DNA from: an uncultured Planctomycetota bacterium
GTDB lineage: Bacteria > Planctomycetota > Planctomycetia > Isosphaerales > Isosphaeraceae
Assembly (NCBI GenBank): GCA_963845755.1
Contig: CAWJTV010000041.1
Span: forward strand, 718,418 to 782,417
DNA: 64,000 bases
Direction of reading: 5' to 3'
Shown here: positions 42,798 through 54,641 of the stretch, in pieces
Numbering within the stretch: the first letter of the stretch is position 1
How the letters are laid out: every line of letters begins with the position of its first letter
Translations under genes and position numbers: made by a program
The notes under the pieces: model-generated
Told to the model about the DNA's origin: nothing
Seen by the model: the letters and a program-made list of their open reading frames with translations, nothing else
Databases searched by the model: none

Positions 42798-45700
42798 ATG
42801 CGTCGAGCTCATCCTCGCTGGCCGGTCGCGGCGTGCCTGCCGATCGTTGTCTCGCTGTTGGCCGGGCTCTTGCTCGTGCCGGCCGCCTCGTCGTTCGCCG
42901 ATCCACCCCAGCCGAAGAAGAAGGATACGAGCGTTCGAGCGCGGTCGAAGTACGCGGTCCTCACGGCCTCCGTGGAACCCTCGGAGGCGAAACCGGGCGC
43001 GACCGTAACTTACAAAGTGACCGCGAAGCTCGACCCCGGCTACCACATCTACAAGTACGCAGGGAAGGCCCCGCCTGAGAGCTCGGGACCGATCTACACG
43101 ACCTTTGATTTTTTCGATACGACCGGCCTGAAGGTCGATGGGGATTGGGCGGCCTCGAAGGAGCCGATCAAGCACAAGGAGCCGGCCTGGCCCGACATAC
43201 CGTTCGTCGAGTATCACGAAGACGAGGTGACCTGGAGCATCAAGTTGAAGGTCCCCGAGGGGACGGAGCCGGGGAAGAAGGCCCTTCGGTCTCAAGTGGG
43301 CTACATGATCTGCAACGACCAGAGTTGCAGTCCTCCCTGCCGCTGGACCCTGGACGGTGGCGAGTTGACGATCCTCTCCGCCGGTGCCGATGCTCCTCAG
43401 CCCGAGAAAAAGGATTCAAGCGCGAACCTGACGGCCCTCTCCGCCGGTAGGGGTGCTCCCCAGCCTCAGAAGAAGGATTCCAATGCTCGATTCAAACCGA
43501 AGGGCGCGGTGCTCACGACCTCCGTTGAACCTTCCGATGCGAAGCCAGGCGACACCGTAACCCTCAAGGTCACCGCGAAGCTCGATCCTTCGTATCACAT
43601 CTACAAGTACGACAAGATAGCGCGGCCGCCGGGCGGAGGGCCGAGCTTCACGACCTTCGACATCTTCGACACGGCCGGTCTGGAGGTCGCGGGGGATTGG
43701 ACGGCGTCGAGGGAGCCGAGCAAGCTCAAGGACCCGAACTTCCCGGACCTCGCCTTTGTCGAGTATTACCAAGACGAGGTGACCTGGAGCATCCCGTTCA
43801 AAATTCCGGCCGATTCCCCAGCCGGCAAGAAAGCGCTCCGCCTCCAGGCCGGCTACATGGTCTGCAACGAAAAATCTTGCAGTGTGGATGGCCGGTGGAC
43901 GTTGCCCGCAGCCGAGCTGACGATCCTCACGGCCACCGTCGGATCGGGGGCCACATCCGCACCGAAGCCGGTCGCGGCCACACCCGCGCCCATGACGACT
44001 TCGCCCCCGTCGCCTCGGACCGATGCCGCTGATCGCTCCGGCGCTCCTGAATCCAGGACGGTGAGCACACCTCCCGCGGCGCCGGTCGGATCTGCCTCCA
44101 AAGTCGAGAGTGAAATCGCACAGACGGCCGCGAAAGGATTGATTCCCTTCCTGCTCGCCTCGGCGATCGGCGGCCTATTTGCGCTGGTGATGCCTTGCGT
44201 CTGGCCGATGGTGCCGGTCACGGTCAATTTCTTCGTGAAGCAGGGGCACGGGAAATCCGGTCGGGGCAAGACGACGGGCCTGGCCATCACCTACTGCCTC
44301 TCGATCATCGGAATCTTTACGGCGGTCGGTGTCCTGGTCTCGTTCCTCTTCTCCGCTTCAGCATTGCAAAACCTGGCGAATACGTGGTGGCTCAACCTGA
44401 TCGTCGCGGCCCTGTTCGTGCTCTTCGGGCTCAGCCTGCTGGGCTTGTTCGAGATCCGCCTACCGAGCTTCCTCTTGAACGCCTCAGCCCAGGGCGAGAG
44501 TCGCGGCGGCCTGGTCGGCGTCATCTTCATGGCGCTGACCTTGACGATCACATCGTTCACCTGCACTTTCCCGGTCGTCGGCGGCCTGCTGGTGATGGCC
44601 GCCAACGGCGACTTCTTCTATCCGATCGTCGGGCTGGCGACGTTCGCGACCGTGCTGGCGTTTCCATTCTTCCTGCTTGCCCTCTCGCCCAACCTGATCT
44701 CCAGGATGCCGCGCAGTGGCGACTGGATGAACGCCGTCAAGGTCGTCGGCGGCCTGGTCGAGATCGGTGCGGCCCTGAAGTTCATCAATACGGCCGAACT
44801 GGCCTTCGTCACCCCGGAGGACGCCTGGTTCAATGCGCCGGTCGTCCTGACGAGCTGGATCGCCCTTTCGCTGGTCTGCGGCCTCTACCTCCTGGGCGTG
44901 TTCCGGACGGAACACGATCATGACGAGGTGAAAGTCGGCCCAGGGCGTCTCGTCTTCGGCGCAGCGTTTCTGGGATTGGCCCTGTTCCTCTTGCCCGCCC
45001 TTTTTGGACATGTGCCACAGAGCCAGGTCTGGAACCGGCTGGTGGCCGGACTGTTGCCGCCGGATTCCACCAGCTTCTATGCACCGACCCAGGTCGCCGG
45101 CGCAAGCGGCGAGGCGAAGGCCACCTCCAGCGACCCGGCGCAGGCAGAACGCGAACAGAAGAACTTCCACGGCGTCCTCTGGGGAATGAGCCTCGAACAG
45201 GCCCGCGAACAGGCGGCGACCGAGAAAAAGCCGATCCTGATCGACTTCACCGGCGTCAACTGTGCCAACTGCCGGCAGATGGAATCCGGCGTCTTCCGGC
45301 GCCGGGAGATCGTGTCGCTCCTCGGGAAATTCGTGACCGTCCAGCTTTACACGGATTACGTGCCGATTAATTCGATCACCGCCGAGCAACGTGAGGCGCG
45401 CGCCGAGATCAACCAGAATCGTGAGCTGGACCTGGCCAAGGAGTCGACGAATCCTTTCTATGTCATCATGTCACCCAGCGGGGAGGTGATCGACCGGATC
45501 GGCGGTTATAACGAGCCGAAGGTCTTCGCGGATTTCCTCCAGAGGTCGCTCGAAAAGTTCGCCAATCTGGACAAGGTCACGCCCGCCGATTCCCCGGTAC
45601 GCGTCGGTGGGATGGCCGAGGAGACGGGCGCGGGCCTCCCGCCAGCCGGGGAGACAGAAACCTTCGTCGCGGTGAAAGCCACCTCCAAGGACCCGGTCCA

Positions 45701-46194
45701 GGCGGAGCGGGAGGAAAAGCTAGTCAACGGGGCTCTGGGGATTGAGCTATGACCAGGCTCTTGAGCGAGCCGCGGCCGAGAAGAAACCGATCTTGATCGA
45801 CTTCAGCGGTTCGAATTGCGTGTGCTGTTTTCGGATGAAGCGGGACGTGTTCCCGCGTCCGGAAGTCGTGGCGCTCCTCAGGGAGTTCGTGCCCCTCAAG
45901 CTTTACGTCGACATGGTCCCCATTTATTCCATCCCCCACGAAGAGCGTGCCCGGCTCGCCAAGATCAACCAGGATCGCCTGCGGCGGCTGGACCCGGCCG
46001 GGAGGAATCCGTTATATCTCGTGCTCTCCCCTCGCGGCGAAGTCATCGAGACGAGCTCGGGTTATCAAAAGGCCCCCGTCTTCACGCAGTTCCTGCGGAC
46101 GGCCTTGGCGAAGTTCCCCGAGACCGTCAAGGTCGCCGAGGCCAGTGGGTCCGCCAGGCCGGCCTCGGGAGACCTGGGATTGGGTCAGAAGTAA
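42798..46194 (+). CDS. dsbD: DsbD-like protein-disulfide reductase with duplicated N-terminal and thioredoxin domains (frameshift near 45735)
   Basis: Two 'YHIY...YM.C...SC' domains; TM 'MPCVWPMVP' and 'SFTCTFP'; 'IDFTGVNCANCR' and 'IDFSGSNCVCCF'. Confidence 0.85.
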
Positions 46195-46269
46195 ACCGGC
46201 GATGATCGGCGATCGTGCCTTTGGGCTGCGAACGATTCCTCGTCACCACCACCAGCATCGCAAATCCGC

Positions 46270-47292
46270 TCACCGGCTCCCGCGATAGAGCGGCTCCTTC
46301 CCCAGTTGCTGGCGGACGTGTTCGACCTGGAGCGGGTCATTCACCGGGTAGTGGGGCACGACGCCATCGAGGACGCCGAGGACTTCCTGGGCGATCGTGG
46401 TGGCCATGTTCCGGAGGGCTTCTTCGGTCTGTGCCGCGCTATGGGGGGTGAGCAATACATCGCGACGGCCGATCAAGGGGTGGCCGGGTTCGGGCGGCTC
46501 GACGGTGAAGACATCCGCGCCGTAACCCCAGAGTCGGCCGGCGTCGAGGGCCGCGGCGACGGCGGGCTCATCGACCACGGGCCCGCGGCTGGCATTGATG
46601 AGGATTGCGTCGGGACGCATCAGCGCCAGGGTCTCCGGATTGATCATCCTCCGGGTGCTGGAGTCGAGCGGGACGTGCAAGGTCACGTAATCGGAGGTCG
46701 CCAGCAATTCGCGCAGGCCCAACCGCCGACCGGCGCAACGGCGCTCGACCTCTTCGGGCGGATCGACGATGTCGTTATAAAGGACTTTCATGCCGAACCC
46801 CAGGTGAGCGATCTCGCCCACTCGGCGGCCGATCCGACCGAACCCGATGATCCCGATCGTCTTGCCGGCGATCTCGCGCCCCGTCATGCTGGTCCGGGCG
46901 TGATAATTCCCGGCGATCAGCTCCGCGGCCATCGGCGTGAAGTGCTTGGAAACGCCGATCATCAGCGCAAAGACGTGCTCGGCAACGCTCTGCGTATTAG
47001 CACCCGGTGTATAGACGACCTGGATGCCCCGGGCCGTTGCCGCATCGACGTCGATCTGGTCGTAGCCGACTCCATGACGCCCGACGACGAGGAGGTCTTT
47101 TCCTCGTTCCAGCAGCGCAGCATCGATCACGCCGCCCGTGCGGATGATCAACGCATCGGCTCCCTCGACCTCGCGTTGCAACGTGGTCGCATCGAGAGCG
47201 CTGGCCATTCGAAGCGCGCCCGCCTCGCGGAGGAGCTGAAGTCCCGATTCGTGCATGCCGGTCAAGGAAAAGATGTTCGGACGGCGGTTCAT
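46270..47292 (-). CDS. D-isomer-specific 2-hydroxyacid dehydrogenase (SerA-like)
   Basis: 'RHGVGYDQID', 'GIIGFGRIG', 'LINASRG', 'LTPHSA'. Confidence 0.92.
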   Translation of the reverse strand: MNRRPNIFSLTGMHESGLQLLREAGALRMASALDATTLQREVEGADALIIRTGGVIDAALLERGKDLLVVGRHGVGYDQIDVDAATARGIQVVYTPGANTQSVAEHVFALMIGVSKHFTPMAAELIAGNYHARTSMTGREIAGKTIGIIGFGRIGRRVGEIAHLGFGMKVLYNDIVDPPEEVERRCAGRRLGLRELLATSDYVTLHVPLDSSTRRMINPETLALMRPDAILINASRGPVVDEPAVAAALDAGRLWGYGADVFTVEPPEPGHPLIGRRDVLLTPHSAAQTEEALRNMATTIAQEVLGVLDGVVPHYPVNDPLQVEHVRQQLGKEPLYRGSR

Positions 47293-47363
47293 GGAGTTTC
47301 TCGCTGGCGGTGCTGGTCTTGTCGAAGCGATCCGGTCGGGGGATTATACATTCCGTGAAACAC

Positions 47364-47427
47364 GTAGGTCAGGCTTTCCAGCCTGACGGATCAGATACGA
47401 GGAGCCAAACTCGAAAGCCTGACCGAC
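47364..47427. repeat. REP-like palindrome
   Basis: gtaggtcaggctttccagcctgac ... gaaagcctgacc. Confidence 0.6.
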
Positions 47428-47657
47428 ATGGCCGACCGGAACAGCCGAGTCCCTGAGAACGTCCCCGGGCGATTCTACGTCAACGCCACGTGCATCGACT
47501 GCGACCTCTGCCGCGAGACCGCGCCCGGAACTTCCGGCGCAACGATGAGGGCCGGCGCAGCTACGTCGCTTACCAGCCAGGCGGACCGGAGGAGGAATCC
47601 GCCTGCCTGGACGCCCTGGAGGAATGTCCCGTCGAGGCCATCGGCCGCGAGGAATGA
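47428..47657 (+). CDS. Ferredoxin (frameshifted)
   Basis: 'FYVNATCIDCDLCRETAP' ... 'ALEECPVEAIG'. Confidence 0.85.
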
Positions 47658-48095
47658 GCCGCGACTCGGCCCGGTCCTGCGATTATGACGTAACGCCTTA
47701 TGATGCCTGAAGTTCGGGTGTCCAAACGGTGGCACAAGTTGGCACCCATTATCAACAATTCGGCAAGTCTCCCCCTGCCTGGCTCACGGTTCTCGACCCC
47801 CGTGCGAGGGTCGGCCGGCCTGCCCATCCGCTTGATTCTTGGTCCACAACAAGGAACGGACGCTCTCTATAAGACGGGTCCCCCGCAGCGAGCGACGCGG
47901 GAGAGTTCACGCGCACAAAGCCTTATACCTATTAGGATGCCGCAACTTTGAAAATCCGTTAATGCACCTATGGCGAACTTGACACATTTTCTCGGCGCAA
48001 ACCTGGGCAGAACCAGGAGATAAAAATTTCACAAAAATTTTTTCAATGGGAGACTGCGCAGGACGTGGAGGTATCGATTTCGCCGCTTGTGAGGG

Positions 48096-48305
48096 TTATG
48101 CTTGGCGGCCCGCGAACGAATCCGATTGCGAACCCAACTCTTTCGTAGGATCGGCACATTTTTCAATGCCGAGGTACAACTCGAAGGTTGTGTTGCTGGA
48201 AATCGCGCATTCGGCCGGCGCCACGGTAGCCAGGCGTTGCAGCAGCACAGGTGCGCAATGGCGCATCGCGGCGGTGCACGTATTCGTATCGAGCAAGTCG
48301 CGCAT
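48096..48305 (-). pseudogene. Truncated VapC/PIN toxin
   Basis: 'LLDTNTC...AISS.T.FEL..G'; C-terminal half missing. Confidence 0.7.
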
Positions 48306-48366
48306 GCGCCATTCAATCCAGTTTGGGAGCAGGCGGAACCTGACCCTGGGACGGACGTTCGAAACT

Positions 48367-48460
48367 CAGGTCGAATCCAGCGGCGAGGCACGTCGCGGGC
48401 GACCATCGCCGAGGAGGCGGGACGACCCGTGAATACGAGGTGCGCCTCCGTTTCGGGTCC
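48367..48460 (+). repeat. Direct repeat copy A (68-bp core plus GTTTCGGGTCC)
   Basis: caggtcgaatccagcggcgaggcacgtcgYgggcgaccatcgccgaggaggcgggacgacccgtgaat; one mismatch against 49614-49681. Confidence 0.9.
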
Positions 48461-48550
48461 ACGCGTCAGTGGGTTGGAGGCGAAGCCTCGCTGGGTTCCT
48501 GAGCCTCTTGATCTGGACCCATGGGACCGTTTCCGAGTCGAGGCTGGAGT

Positions 48551-49054
48551 TCAATCCGTTCCATAGGGCTCAGGGAGTCCGATGCGGCTGAAGGTGTCTG
48601 CGAAATGCTTGGCAAGATGTTCCCGATACGGGCAAAGAAGCCTGGCGCGACGGTGGCCATGCTCGCAGAGGGCGACGAGAACCTCGGGCTCGACGGTGTG
48701 CAATTGCCTTAAATCCGCGATCATCTCAGGCAAGCCCGAATCGTCGCATTTCGGCAGGAAATACTAGCCGAAGACCCGCCCGCCCCGGATTGGCCCACGG
48801 ATGTCGTTCTGCTTGAGCAATCCTTGGTCAACGAGGGCCTGTGCATCGAGCAAGATTGCGACGTTGATGAACACGGCCTTCTGATTCGCCAGATCACAGG
48901 TTTGGGTGAGGACCAACACGCGGTTTATCGCGACACTGATGACTGGCGGGCGGAGCCCCGCCACATCAAATCCTCCCAGCGATAATGTCGGGCACCTTTC
49001 GATGATATCACCCTGGTCGATCGGTTCGCCAATTCCTGGCAGCCCGTAGATCAT
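48551..49054 (-). pseudogene. Putative toxin ('QGDI...LTQTCDL' family) with in-frame TAG at 48764-66
   Basis: RVFG*YFLP reads on in frame to 'PYREHLAKHFADTFSRIGLP'; start overlaps the stop of the upstream small ORF. Confidence 0.6.
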
Positions 49055-49320
49055 GACTCATCCTCGTCCCTGGGAATCTCCGGGATGTAAGGTTGGCGAG
49101 GCGGACCATACGCGCCCACGACCTGGAATGTCGGTGCGGGTCGAGGCAAGCGGACCCACGGCTCCAACATGCTATCGGACTCGTCGATGGGCGCAGGCTG
49201 CGGTCGCTCGCCTGCCGGTAGCACCCGCAGTTCCACCCAGTGCCCCTTGACCCGACAACTATAGACCTGCCCCGGCTCGAGATCGACCTGTTCCAGGGCT
49301 TCGGCGATCGACAGACTCAT
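49051..49320 (-). CDS. Small hypothetical protein, putative antitoxin partner
   Basis: 89 aa, RBS gaggagg, ATGA overlap with the downstream gene. Confidence 0.6.
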   Translation of the reverse strand: MSLSIAEALEQVDLEPGQVYSCRVKGHWVELRVLPAGERPQPAPIDESDSMLEPWVRLPRPAPTFQVVGAYGPPRQPYIPEIPRDEDES

Positions 49321-49613
49321 CCGGATCCTCCTCTGGCAGCGGTCGCGCTCGTACGAGCCGCCGGAATCGGTCGGGCTCGCAATCTATTCTATCGGGTTCA
49401 ACCGACACCGGCCAGCGGCCCCAAGGCTCCGAGAGCCGCGGGTCTGACCCTGAGCTTTTGCTCGCGACAGGAGGATCGATCGGCTCCTAGCCCGGGTACG
49501 GCGGGCCAGGGATAAGGAGGATCACCCCGACGTGCTCTGCGACCCTGGTCGGGAAGGACGAGGACTGGCATTTCTCGGCGGAGCCGATCTCCGACATCGA
49601 TGCTCTGCGGCAC

Positions 49614-49748
49614 CAGGTCGAATCCAGCGGCGAGGCACGTCGTGGGCGACCATCGCCGAGGAGGCGGGACGACCCGTGAATCCTCGCTCCGTCCCTGTTT
49701 CGGGTCCTCTCCGTTTTGGGTCCTTTGCTGCGTCCCCGTTTCGGGTCC
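49614..49748 (+). repeat. Direct repeat copy B followed by three GTTTYGGGTCC boxes
   Basis: Core at 49614-49681; boxes at about 49697, 49713 and 49738. Confidence 0.88.
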
Positions 49749-49790
49749 AATTTTTGCCCCACTGCCTTCCACGCGATGGTTGTTCAGTTA

Positions 49791-50075
49791 TCATTTTGTG
49801 AAATAATTATTGATTATATAATATAAAAAAAAGAGGACATGCAGAAACACTGCAAGGGCAAGAGCCGCTAGCAAGACCAGGGCAAGTGTCGAGCAGACTG
49901 AGAATAGGTAGTACGCCGGGCGGGACCTCGTAGGGATTCCTGGCCCGTACCATACCCTGAGAGTGATCGCTAAACCCCCCGAAATCAGACCTAACCCGAC
50001 CAAGGCCATTGCCGGGACAAACACTTCCCAATTTCTTTGGGCGTTTGATGCCGCCAAGTCGGTCTTCCGCTCCAA
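49791..50075 (-). CDS. Small two-TM hypothetical protein, lower GC
   Basis: Two hydrophobic helices; AT-rich 3' end. Confidence 0.35.
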   Translation of the reverse strand: MERKTDLAASNAQRNWEVFVPAMALVGLGLISGGLAITLRVWYGPGIPTRSRPAYYLFSVCSTLALVLLAALALAVFLHVLFFLYYIINNYFTK

Positions 50076-50570
50076 TTCTGTAGCGGCTTGCTCCCATACT
50101 GCAGCGTGATCGGGAGGCTCTTCCTTTGTGTTCCGCCGGATGGCGTACGCAGCGTCTCTGAAGCTTCTCTCTGTAACTTTAGAGCTTCTTCGTCACGGCG
50201 TAGCGGCGGGTTTCTTTACTCTCGCTGCGGAGCCGCGGACGGGCCACGACGGCCCGGCCGCCCAGGCCGGCACTTCGGGGGTGGGAGGGAGGCCGGGCCA
50301 GGGACGGGTCGGCGGGCCGTGTCCTCGCGGTCAGACCACGATGTCGGACCGCCTCGTTGTCGCGGTCGCTCCGACATGTCAGACTTGACGGGACCGGCCG
50401 ACAGGGATCAGGCGGCGAGTGCCGGGCCGGGCGGACCTGGCGTCGGCGCGCCCGGTTCGAACCCACGGGAATGCCGTCCAACTGCGTCAGCCGGGGCGGA
50501 CACCTTTGTTGGGCGACCGGCCTCGGCATCGTCTCCCGGAACCCCACTTACGTCGAGAGGCGGATGACCT

Positions 50571-53498
50571 GTGGCGAATTGGCGAAACGTCCGCATCTTT
50601 CTGTCGTCCACGTTTCGCGACATGCACGCGGAGCGCGATCATCTGATCAGGGTGACGTTTCCCGCGCTCCGCGAGAGGCTATTGCCACACCGCGTCGAGC
50701 TGTACGACATCGACCTACGGTGGGGCATCACCGAGGACGAAGCGCGGAATGAGAAAGTGATCCGCCTCTGCCTCGAGCAGGTGGACGAGTGCCGCCCTTT
50801 CTTCCTCGCGTTCCTCGGCCATCGCTACGGCTGGGTGCCGGAGCGGATTCCCGGCGACACGACGGCGAAATATCCGTTCGTGGCGCAATTTCCGGGCGTC
50901 AGTGTGACGGAACTGGAACTCCGCCACGGGGCGATGATCGACCCCCAGGGCAAACGCGCTCGTGTTGCTCCGCGGGGAAGGAGCCCTGGCGTCGATCCCC
51001 GAGGCGACCCGCAACCGCGACTTCCTCGAAGCCGACCCCGCCTTGCAGGCGAAGCTGCGCGGGTTGCGAGAGGAGCTCGAAGCGTGTCCGGTCCCGGTTC
51101 AGCCCTATTCCGCCCTCTGGAATCGCACGCTGTAGGACCGGGTCAATCGCACCCGAGGGAAGCTCGATGGACTCGACGACTTCGGCAAAGCGGTCGAAGC
51201 CTGGCTCTGGGACGCAATCAAGGCGGAGCTGGAACTCCCCGACACGCCCGCCACCCTCGACCCGCTCGACGCCGAGGCCGACCTCCACGAGCGGTTCCTG
51301 GAACTGCGGACGCGCCTCTACGTCGGTCGCGATGCACTCTACGACCGACTGCGCGACTTCGCGCTCGCCGAGGGGGAAACGCCGCTCTTGCTCACCGGCG
51401 AAAGCGGCCTGGGCAAGTCGGCCGCTTCTGGCGCGGTTCGTCCGCGACTTTCGCAGGGAACACCCCGATCGGTTCGTGCTGGCGCACTTCGTCGGCGCCA
51501 GCCCTCGGACGACCTCGCTGCCCACCATGCTGCGCCGACTCACCCAGGAGCTCCAGCGCCGGTACGCATTGACGTTGCCCGCTGCCGAGTCGCCCGACGA
51601 GATCATCCGCACGTTCCAGGTCGCCATCACCAGCCTGCCGGAGTCGGCCCGGGTGGTCCTGGTCTTCGACGCCCTCAACCAGCTCGACGCCGACGACCGG
51701 GCCGAGACACTCATCTGGCTACCCGAGCTCCTGCCGGCGAACGTGCGGGTGCTCGCGAGCGTCGCGACGGGCCCGCAACGAGCCCCCAGGGTGTTATCGG
51801 CGTTCGGAGAACGCAATGTCGTCGTCGTGCCGATGGAGCCGCTCACCCGGGAGGAACGCCGCGACATCGTGAAGGCCGTGCCCAAACTCGTAGCCAAGAC
51901 GCTCGACGACCGACAGATCGACGCCCTGCTGGCCAACCCCGCGACCGAGAACCCCCTCTTCCTGATGATCGCCCTGGAAGAACTGCGCGGTTATGGCTCC
52001 TTCGAGAACCTGAACACGCTGATCGCCCGACTCCCGCGCACGGGCGATACCCTGACGACGCTCTTCGAACAGGTCTTCGAGCGCCTCGAGAAAGAGTTCA
52101 GCGCGAACCTGGTCGCGGAGGTCCTCAGCCTGCTCGCCTGTGCCCGGCGCGGCCTCAGTGGTCCCGAACTCGTGGAACTGACGCGTCACCTGAAGGAGGC
52201 GGCCGACGATCTCTACCCTCTTTTGCGCCAGCTCGAAGCCTACCTGCACCGCCGCGATGGCCGCTACGATTTCTACCACATGAGTATCCGTCGGGCCGTG
52301 GAGCGGCATTATCTGAAGTGGCAAGCCGAGGAGGATCAGCACGACCCGTGGCTCCGCTGGAACCCCAACCGCCAGCCGCCGGCCGGCGATCCCACCGAAC
52401 CGGAAGTTGAGACCCGCGACCGGCTGATCGCCTGGTTTCAGTCCGAACGGCTGACAACGCGGGCGATTGACGAACTCCCCTGGCAACTCGCCCAGCTCCG
52501 AATGTGGCAAGAGCTCTTCGACCTACTCGGCGACCTCTCGTTCTTCGACGCGGCATGGAAAGCGAACGAGGTCGAGGTCCGTACCGCCTGGTCCCTGGTC
52601 AAGAGCGCCGGCCGCCTCGAGCCGATCACCGCGTACCGGAGCGTCCTGGCTGAGCCGGGAACGCACGATGTGTATGCCTTGTGGCGACTGGGGTTGTACC
52701 TGCGAGGTTCAGGGTATGAAGCCGAACTTCTGTCCCTCTGGTCCTCTCTGATCGAAAGGTTTCGCGCATCGAGAGAGGACTCGTCTTTGCATGGCTGCCT
52801 GGGCAACCAGGCGCTGATCCTCCAGGCCACCGGGGACCTCGACGGGGCCATGCGGCTGCACCAGGAACAAGAGGCGATCTGCCGACGTCTCAACGACCCC
52901 GCAGGCTTGCAGGCCAGCCTGGGCAACCAGGCGCTGATCCTCCAGGCCACCGGGGACCTCGACGGGGCCATGCGGCTGCACCAGGAACAAGAGGCGATCT
53001 GCCGACGTCTCAACGACCCCGCAGGCTTGTCACGCAGCCTGTGCGGCCAGGCACTGATCCTCCAGGCCACCGGGGACCTCGACGGGGCCATGCGGCTGCA
53101 CCAGGAAGAAGAGGCGATCTGCCGACGTCTCAACGACCCCGCAGGCTTGTCTCGCAGCCTGGGCAACCGGCGCTGATCCTCCAGGCCACCGGGGACCTCG
53201 ACGGGGCCATGCGGCTGCACCAGGAAGAAGAGGCGATCTGCCGACGACGACCCAGGCTCGACGGACAGGCCTGATCCTCCGGCCACCGGGGACCTGACGG
53301 GGCCATGCGGCTGCCCAGGAAGAAGAGGCGATCTGCCGAGCAAGCGCAGCTGCCGCTGATCCTCCAGGCCACCGGGGACCTCGACGGGGCCATGCGGCTG
53401 CACCAGGAAGAAGAGGCGATCTGCCGACGTCTCAACGACCCTGCAGGGCTGGCCACTTCGCTGGCCAACCAGGCTCACCTGCAAATGAGCCGATTGTG
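50571..53498 (+). CDS. DUF4062-NACHT/AAA-TPR (NLR/STAND-like) protein, disrupted (frameshifts, TAG at 51133)
   Basis: 'RIFLSSTFRDMHAERD..IDLRWG', Walker A 'GESGLGKS', Walker B 'VLVFDALNQL', 'NPLFL', 40-aa TPR repeats. Confidence 0.85.
52799..53470 (+). repeat. 120-bp near-identical tandem repeats (3 intact, about 3 degenerate)
   Basis: Unit encodes LGNQALILQATGDLDGAMRLHQE(Q/E)EAICRRLNDPAGL-xxS. Confidence 0.95.
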
Positions 53499-53918
53499 AA
53501 CGCGATTCCCGACCTGGTGCAATCGCCCCCGCTTAGCCGTACGCCGAGGAAGCTGCACGCCTTGCCTCGAGGCATGGCCTCCGGGCACTCGACCCGGGAA
53601 GTCGAGCCGATTGTGAATGCGATTCGCAATCTGTCGCAATCACCCCCGCCTTGCAGCGGTCACGTTCCCGGTCGCGAAAGATGGCGCTGCACCTCGGGCG
53701 CCTTGGTTACAGAGGCAATCCGTTGCGCAGATTCGACCCCGAGGGGCCGGAACGAATGATCTGGTTGAAGGTCGGCGCATTCGGTTCCGTCTTCACCATG
53801 GTTTCGACGGATTCAGCCGCTTCCTGCAGTGCGCTGCCCGCCGAATGCGGAGTCGCCACACGTGGTGCAGTCCTTGACCAACGTAAGTAGGATAGCAGAA
53901 GTCACAGGAGCGTTCGTT

Positions 53919-54490
53919 ATGGCAGGACCCGCAGTCGAACCCATCGGTTGGGAAAGGGCGCTCATGGCCGCGGAAAAGCTCAAAGAGCGGCTGCGCAGGG
54001 CAACCCGCCGCTCGACGCCGCCGGCGTACCTTACGCGGTCGCCGAGTGGGTCGGCCGGATCGACGAGGACGCCGTCCGCAGTACGCGCGACGTCGGTCTC
54101 CTGGTCCGGCGGGCCGATTTGCCTGCCGCACGAGCCGCGCTCGAAGCGGCCGGCTTCGTCGATCGTCAGCTCCTTGACATCGATACCTTCATCGATGGAC
54201 CGCAAGGCAAACCGAGCGGCGGGATCCCTATCTTTTTCGCCGGCGAAAAGGTTCGGCGGGACGACGAGCACACTTTGCCGGATCTCGACGAATCGGAACG
54301 AGCCGTCGAATTTCAAGTGGCCACCCTCGAAGCCCTGGTGCGGATGAAGTTGATCGCCTGGCGCGACAAGGACCGCACTCATCTTCGCGACATGATCGGC
54401 GTCGGCCTGCTTGACGCGACCTGGCCCGTCCGCTTGCCGGCACCACTCGGTGATCGCTTGCAGCGGTTGCTCGATGACCCGAACGAGTGA
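53919..54490 (+). pseudogene. Nucleotidyltransferase-fold hypothetical protein, degraded
   Basis: 'WERALMAAEKLKERL..A.VPYAV..RSTRDVGLLV..LVRMKL..RDKDRTHLRDM'; frameshift and apparent loss of the GG motif. Confidence 0.55.
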
Positions 54491-54641
54491 TGGGTCGATA
54501 GGTGTCGGTTTTCGTGGTGTCAGGTCGACTGTTCAGGGGGGTTCAATGAAGAAAGCCAATCCGGTTGGCCTCGCCGCGAGGAATCGAACGGTTGGTGGGG
54601 TGCAGACCGTGTTTCTAGTTATTCGGCCGGAAAAAACTAGA

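Noticed and set aside
48764..51135. Two in-frame TAG codons suggesting stop-codon recoding
   Set aside because: RF1 (prfA) is intact, and genes such as rpmE, RidA and Crp end at TAG. Both cases lie in a decaying island.
52799..53470. Repeat array as CRISPR or a DGR template/variable pair
   Set aside because: The units are contiguous in-frame coding repeats with no spacers; no cas or RT gene is present, and differences are not adenine-specific.
53488..53650. About 45-bp imperfect duplication (gagccgattgtgaa...) after the TPR gene
   Set aside because: Only two degenerate copies and no interpretable structure.
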